Made by a program: the position numbers and the translations under genes | From: Eledone cirrhosa | Lineage: Eukaryota | Direction of reading: 5' to 3' | NCBI GenBank assembly: GCA_964016885.1 | Contig: OZ024743.1 | Location: forward strand, 295,988,001 to 296,052,000 | Length of the DNA stretch: 64,000 nucleotides | The notes under the pieces: generated by a model | The model's input: the letters and a program-made list of their open reading frames with translations, nothing else | Told to the model about the DNA's origin: nothing | Databases searched by the model: none | Shown: positions 61,672 to 64,000 of the stretch, piece after piece | How the letters are laid out: each line of letters begins with the position of its first letter | Numbering within the stretch: the stretch's first letter is position 1

Positions 61672-61915
61672 GAGAATACAATTTAGAAGTGGAATATCAG
61701 AATAGAAGAGAGAATACAATTTAGAAGTGAACTACCAGAATAGTATAAAGAATACAAATTAGAAGTGGAATATCAGAATAAAGGAGAGAATACAATTTAG
61801 AAGTGGAATATCAGAATAAAGGAGAGAATACAATTTAGAAGTGGAATATCAGAATAAAGGAGAGAATACAATTTAGAAGTGGAATATCAGAATAAAATAG
61901 AAAATACAATTGAGA
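61672..61915. repeat. 38 bp minisatellite, about 6.5 copies
   Basis: Unit GAGAATACAATTTAGAAGTGGAATATCAGAATAAAGGA. Confidence 0.92.
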
Positions 61916-61935
61916 AGAAATGAATTTAGTAGTAA

Positions 61936-62458
61936 CTAGCAGTAAAGCCCGGCGTTGCTCGGGGTCGCTCAGTAGCTGTGTTAAAGTTACAATGTTAAGT
62001 TTCTTTCTTGGCTTAAAAACTGTAGTGTCTACTGTGCAGACTTGCATGTGGTGTTTTTGATTAATATTCCCTCAACCAACAATATGCCTTATGAAGTTAA
62101 GAAAACATAACGATAACCCGAATGTTATAACAAAAGAGGATGCTGGGGATAAAAACTGCACTGGTTATTTATTAACAAAGATCGAAAATGTAAACACTGC
62201 AACGCAGAGAAAAACAACGTAAGACGCTCAATGTAAACAGAACAAAGGGAAATAACTCGTCACTTACGCTCAAAAATCGATACATTAGATTCGATTTCGT
62301 CACATAGGGTGGGTCAATTTGAAATTTTTTTTCCGATGTCTTCGCTAGGGCTCAATGTACAAGTATAGCAATTTCGGTGCAATTCCGTGAGAGATTCTAA
62401 GAGGAGATGTGTGCCAAAAATCGATAGACAGACAGACAACCACAGCTTTATATATATA
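61936..62458 (-). mobile_element. Non-autonomous Helitron (~520 bp)
   Basis: Minus-strand 3' end CCCGAGCAACGCCGGG hairpin plus CTAG|T; 61936-62216 duplicates 62459-62739; 5' end ATATATATAAAGCTGTGGTTGTCTGTCTG. Confidence 0.8.
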
Positions 62459-64000
62459 CTAGCAGTAAAGCCCGGCGTTGCTCGGGGTCGCTCAGTAGCT
62501 GTGTTAAAGTTACAATGTTAAGTTTCTTTTTTGGCTTAAAAACTGTAGTGTCTACTGTGCAGACTTGCATGTGGTGTTTTTGATTAATATTCCCTCAACC
62601 AACAATATGCTTTATGAAATTAAGAAAACATAACGATAACCCGAATGTTATAACAAAAGAGGATGCTGGGGATAAAAATTGCACTGGTTATTTATTAACA
62701 AAGATCGAAAATGTAAACACTGCAACGCAGAGAAAAACATTAGCGTAACCAAATTATCAGTTATTTTGAAACAAAGAAATTGGATGGACATGAAGAACAA
62801 AAAAAAAAATGCGTTATCTGAAGTCGAGGGGCAGGCAGCATCAAATAGGTTTGCACTTGTGATAAAAAATATTGACAATGTAATAGCTCAGATGTTTAAG
62901 TATAAAGTATGAAGAGCTCATAACATACCCATGGTGAGTTTGACGGGCAGATTATAGACAGCCACAGCATGCGAAATGGATAGCTGCAGCAAAAGCCATA
63001 TTCACCAAAAAGAATCACTAAAATCAACAAAACAGAAATGCTGATTCCATTGCATCTTCAGGTGCAACTGAGAATGATGACGAAAGTTTACTTTGACGCA
63101 CCAGAAATGCTGTTGTCGCTTGTTGTCCATGTCGGAATGCATATTGAAACAATGAAAGAAATGACGGAAACAATCTGTGTATGTATGCGGCAAGTTGTGT
63201 GTGTCTACGTATTAAACGCCGGACTTGTCAGCGACTGGAGGGTGTCCTTAACAATCGAAAGCATCAATTCCAGAGTCCACTTTGACTTGCAAGCAATGCC
63301 GGGCCTATAGGTCTCGTGATGTGTCCTATGGTGTCAGAGGCGTTGTGCTTGTTAAGAAGTTGGCGTCATGTCGTCAGTTTCGAAGTTGCTGATGTCGCGT
63401 GTGTGTTAATGCATGAGCACGCATGTATGTCGTTCTTTTAACTGTGTGTGGGCGTATGTGTGGGTGCATATGATGGCGGTGTGTGCAAATACGAAGTGCG
63501 AATAAGTTTGTATATAGTTCTGTTGTTTGACATATATTTGTACAATGGTAGAAAATTCAAATGAGAAGTGATTCACTGTTGCATTGGTAACTGTAATTTA
63601 CTCTGCAAATGCACTGAAAGGTATGTCTAGGTGTCAATAGAATGCACTGCGTCAATGTTGAATAAGTCTCCTTTTTTCAGGTTTCGTAGATGCTATATAT
63701 TTAAGGCAGTTGGTGTAACATTGCCATTTTGAACATAAAAACTCTATAAAACCTCACGGTATACAATATTCTTTGTTTTTCCATTTGGAGCAAAGGCAAA
63801 AAGGTTATTCCGGCTGCCAACTCGAGAACATCCAACGTAGAATTGTCCATGTGAGAAACATGGTTCCTCCAGGTGAAGTCCTGCAACAGATAAAGTCTGA
63901 CCCTGGGACTTGTTGATGGACATAGCAAAGGCAGCACGAAGGGGAAATTGAGTTCTTTTAAAAGAATAGGGTGCATCCACTCCTGATGTAGTAAGAGTTA
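62459..64000 (-). mobile_element. Helitron 3' portion with PIF1-like helicase C-terminus (ORF 63744-63980); continues beyond the window
   Basis: RTQFPLRAAFAMSINKSQGQTL..CFSHGQFYVGCSRV..TKNIVYREVL; terminal hairpin plus CTAG. Confidence 0.9.

Noticed and set aside
61672-61915. CRISPR-like 38 bp repeats
   Set aside because: Units are contiguous with no unique spacers, there are no cas genes, and the context is eukaryotic.
63744-63980. Host PIF1 helicase gene
   Set aside because: It lies upstream of a Helitron hairpin-CTAG terminus and has the Helitron-type TKNIVYREVL ending.

Overview
Eukaryotic, AT-rich, repeat-saturated DNA with no recognisable host gene. The SINE types and dense (TA)n/(CA)n/(GATA)n tracts suggest a cephalopod (octopus-like) genome; this is an inference. 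Almost all listed ORFs are microsatellite artefacts or decayed retroelement frames. Contents: a 5.6 kb compound hexamer array with a ~3.25 kb higher-order duplication; RTE, Vingi and R4/Dong-like LINE remnants; a mariner fragment; several tRNA-derived SINEs with target-site duplications; two Penelope-like elements (PLEs); a decayed hAT element; and a Helitron 3' end. Two systems stand out. (1) A ~13.6 kb head-to-tail array of six Tx1-clade non-LTR retrotransposon copies from several subfamilies, with a (GATA)n/(TATC)n tract at every junction, pointing to a microsatellite-specific endonuclease. (2) About a dozen type I hammerhead ribozyme motifs from several unrelated PLE/retrozyme-like families, at least four of which carry the non-canonical U3:A8 core pair. 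All calls were made by eye and coordinates are approximate to a few bases.
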